Assembly (NCBI GenBank): GCA_963664405.1
Contig: OY761158.1
Span: 6,592,001 to 6,656,000 of the forward strand
Length of the DNA: 64,000 nt
Direction of reading: 5' to 3'
From: Thermoanaerobaculia bacterium
GTDB taxonomy: Bacteria > Acidobacteriota > Thermoanaerobaculia > Multivoradales > Multivoraceae
In this document: positions 61,274 to 64,000 of the stretch, one piece after another
Position numbering within the stretch: the stretch's first letter is position 1
Layout of the letters: each line of letters begins with the position of its first letter
Translations under genes and position numbers: made by a program
Notes under the pieces: generated by a model
Seen by the model: only the letters and a program-made list of their open reading frames with translations
Told to the model about the DNA's origin: nothing
Databases searched by the model: none

Positions 61274-61722
61274 GCGAGGATCGGCTCGGTATGAGGATGC
61301 CCTTCGACGAGGAGCTTCTTTCCGGCTATCTGGATGGAGCTCTCACCCAACAGGACACGCAGAGAGTGCGGGTGCATCTGGAGGAGTCCACATCCGCTCG
61401 CGCCCTGCTCGAAGAACTGCGGATGATGAGGGAGGCGAGTATGAGTAGTCGGATCGAGACACCGGGCGATGCGCAGTGGAGCGAGGTGCCCAAGACACCT
61501 GCGAGTCGGTGGTCGAAGAGAGCCGGATTTTCGCTGTTGCTGGTTTGGCTAACGGTGGTCTCAGGGGTCGTGCTGTGGGGGGTGGCGACCGGCACCGAGG
61601 CGTGGTGGGAGAAAGCGCTTGTCTTCGGGGGTATTGCTGGCTTGGGGCTGTTGTTCTTTTCGGTGCTACAGGATCGGATCCGTACGAGTCGTACGGATCG
61701 CTATCGGGGGGTGAAGAAATGA
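61270..61722 (+). CDS. Membrane anti-sigma factor (zf-HC2-like, Cys-less)
   Basis: ELLSGYLDG.L...RV..HL followed by two TM helices; coupled to the sigma gene. Confidence 0.8.
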   Translation: MSEDRLGMRMPFDEELLSGYLDGALTQQDTQRVRVHLEESTSARALLEELRMMREASMSSRIETPGDAQWSEVPKTPASRWSKRAGFSLLLVWLTVVSGVVLWGVATGTEAWWEKALVFGGIAGLGLLFFSVLQDRIRTSRTDRYRGVKK

Positions 61723-62039
61723 TGGTGGTGACGACGGCTGAGATCAAGGGGAAGAGAATTGTCCGTGTGCTCGGGCTGGTGCGAGGAAACACGATTCGAT
61801 CTCGTCATTTGGGCAAAGACATCATGGCGAGCCTACGCGGCATCATTGGCGGGGAGGTCTCGGAGTACACCAAGCTCTTCGGTGAGGCACGCGAACAGGC
61901 GTTGGATCGGATGGTGGAAGAGGCGAGAGAACTGGGCGCGAACGCGATCGTCGAGATCCGCTTCAGCACCTCGATGGTGATGGCCGGAGCCGCCGAGCTG
62001 CTGGTCTTCGGTACTGGAGTAGTGGTCGAGGACGAGTGA
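61719..62039 (+). CDS. ybjQ: YbjQ/UPF0145 putative heavy-metal-binding protein
   Basis: LGLVRG, GGEV..YT, AR..AL.RM...A..LGANAI and GT.V. Confidence 0.9.
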   Translation: MMVVTTAEIKGKRIVRVLGLVRGNTIRSRHLGKDIMASLRGIIGGEVSEYTKLFGEAREQALDRMVEEARELGANAIVEIRFSTSMVMAGAAELLVFGTGVVVEDE

Positions 62040-62043
62040 GCGA

Positions 62044-63941
62044 CTAGGGGCAAGTCTCGAACGCGTTGGTGTCCTGGATCGGAGCAAAGGGGTTGCCCTT
62101 GGGATTCTCGTAACGACGAAGAACACCGCTCTCCGTGTCGACTACGGTGAGAACCACTTCCACATTAGTCAGGCCTGATGCGAAGACCCAGAAGCTCTCG
62201 AAAGCTGTTGAGCAGGCGTCGAGGACCTTGACGATCAGCTCCACGTTTGCGGCGTCGAAGAACCAGAAGTAGCCTGCGTCGTCAGTCAGCTCGATGGCTT
62301 GTCCCGAGCCCGTGTTGTCGTTGAAGTCCTCCCAGGTCACCTCGACTCGAAAACGCCCCTGACTCAGACAGAGCATGGTCTCACTCGGCTCGCACTCCTC
62401 CGGCGGCGAGTCGTTGTCGATGATCAGGACTTCGGCCTCGCTTCGGCTCCCGAGAGAGGCACCGATCGGCTCGCTGAGAGTGAGAGTCACGGTCTCGTCA
62501 GGCTCGATCAAAAGGTCGTCGATCAGCGGAACTTCGAAGCTCTTCTTCGCCGTATCTCCACCGCCCCAGACCAAGGTGCCGCTGACCGCCGTGTAGTCGG
62601 CGCCGGCGGTCGCCGAGCCTCCATCGGTTGCGTAGTTGACGCTGACTGAGCCATCAGCGCCTCCCACCCTCTGTGCCCGCACGGTTACGGTATCCTCGCT
62701 CTCGTTTACTTGATAACGATCTCTGGTGAGCTCGAGCGCGCCGGCGACCGCGGTGCCGACCAGGCGAGCAAGGACTCCGTCGGCGGAGGTCAGGTAGATC
62801 TCCCCGTTGACGTCCTCACCAAAGCTGGTGAGCTCAGCTAGCACGAGATCGAGCTCCTCGGTCTCCCAGATCTGGCCGATTCTCCTTGCGGCCCAGAGTG
62901 CCCCGGTGCAGAAATCTCCGTACAGGTAGTCGCCTTGGAGCTGCGGGACCTGGTCACCGCGGTACACGTAGCCGCCGATTACGGAACATCCGCCACCGCC
63001 GTGGCCGTACTCGATCGCGGGACTCGTGAAGGCGATGTCGCGGTGCAGGCGGGTACTGGATCTGGACACGCCCCGACTGCGTTGATACAGAGGGTGCCTT
63101 CGAGGCGCGCCCAGCCGTAGTTCTCGCCACCGCGGCTGGATGCGGGCTGGAAGTTCACTTCCTCCCGCGAGCTCTGGCCGACGTCACCGATGAAGAGATC
63201 GCCTGTCTGTCGATCGAAGGAGAACCTCCACGGGTTGCGCAAGCCCAGGGCCCAGACCTCGTCGCCCGGCCCGCCATCGCCGACGAAGGGGTTGTCGGCG
63301 GGAATGCCGAAGAAGGGCGGCGTGTCGATGCTCGTGTCGACATCGAGCCGCAACATCTTGCCGAGCAAGGTTCCGTCACGCTGAGCATTACATAGGGGGT
63401 CGTTGCCGCCACCGCCGTCGCCGAGGCCCAGGTAGAGATAGCCTTGGGGACCGAACTGGAGCTGCCCTCCGTTGTGATTCGCTTGGGGCTGGTCGACGTT
63501 CAGAAGAATGACTGCGGAGTCCTCGTCCGCGATGGCGGGGTTGCCGGAGACCTCGTACCTGGCCAGTACCGAGTTTCCGGCGAGGTCGGTATAGCTGACG
63601 AAGATCAGGCCGTTCTGGGCGTAGTTGGGGTGGAAGGCGACACTGAAGAGACCGCGTTCCGGCCCCTGGGAGGCCAGGGCCCCGATGTCGAGGAAGGGGG
63701 CGGCCAGGATCTCGACGCCGTCCCAGACCAGGATCCGGCCGTCTAGGAGGGCGATGAAGAGCCTCTCGTCGCCGGCATGGGTCACCGCGACCGGAGTGCC
63801 AAGCCCCTGGGTGACAACCTCCAGCGCGAGCGAGGGCGGTTGAGCCTCCGACGGGAGTGGCATCAGGCCGGCGATCGAGAGTACGGCCGCGCTAAGCACC
63901 ACAACGAGCCGAGCGCGACAAGGACTCCGAGTCAAGCTCAC
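62044..63941 (-). pseudogene. PQQ-dependent sugar dehydrogenase (GSDH) + Calx-beta + conserved C-terminal domain, frameshifted near 63042
   Basis: ERGL, NHNGGQLQFGP.GYLY...GDGG, GLRNPWRFSFD and NYGW in the first frame; CSVIGGYVYRG, SFGED..GE and Calx-beta (V.Y.T..GSATAG.DY) in the next frame. Confidence 0.8.
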
Positions 63942-64000
63942 TGAGCACCTCGTTCAGCGGGCCACAGTGTCGCGAGCGCGGGCAGAGTGGTAATCGACGC
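63938..64000 (-). CDS. 3' end of an upstream gene (partial; hydrophobic tail ASITTLPALATLW)
   Basis: Open frame ending in a TGA that overlaps the GSDH GTG start (GTGA). Confidence 0.4.
   Translation of the reverse strand, partial: ASITTLPALATLWPAERGAQ

Overview
GC-rich, gene-dense bacterial chromosomal segment with about 55 CDS. I recognised no rRNA, tRNA or CRISPR array. The host is probably an Acidobacteriota (Thermoanaerobaculia-like) bacterium; this is inferred only from the gene repertoire and one characteristic C-terminal domain. Most genes are housekeeping or metabolic: TonB receptor, M20 peptidase, pncB, addAB, a GldAFG-like ABC system, truD, gor, SMUG1, GH2, YcaQ and an ECF sigma/anti-sigma pair. 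Five things stand out. (1) An Elp3 radical-SAM/KAT gene lies head-to-head with a Trm9/ALKBH8-like methyltransferase, suggesting a eukaryote/archaea-type cm5U->mcm5U wobble-uridine pathway in a bacterium. (2) A complete 3555-bp TG...CA transposon (18183-21737) has a perfect 5-bp AGGAC target duplication and repeated end motifs. It encodes a DDE/Mu-type transposase, an ExeA-like AAA ATPase and two uncharacterised accessory genes, and sits flush against a MITE. (3) Five copies of a ~165-245-bp hairpin MITE family share one central core but carry three different IS630-type terminal repeats. (4) The AddA helicase appears to have a catalytically dead nuclease domain. (5) Smaller features include a sigma54-driven orphan porin, an SPFH-HTH fusion, and three genes with single frameshift or nonsense lesions. 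All assignments come from motif recognition by eye, without database searches.
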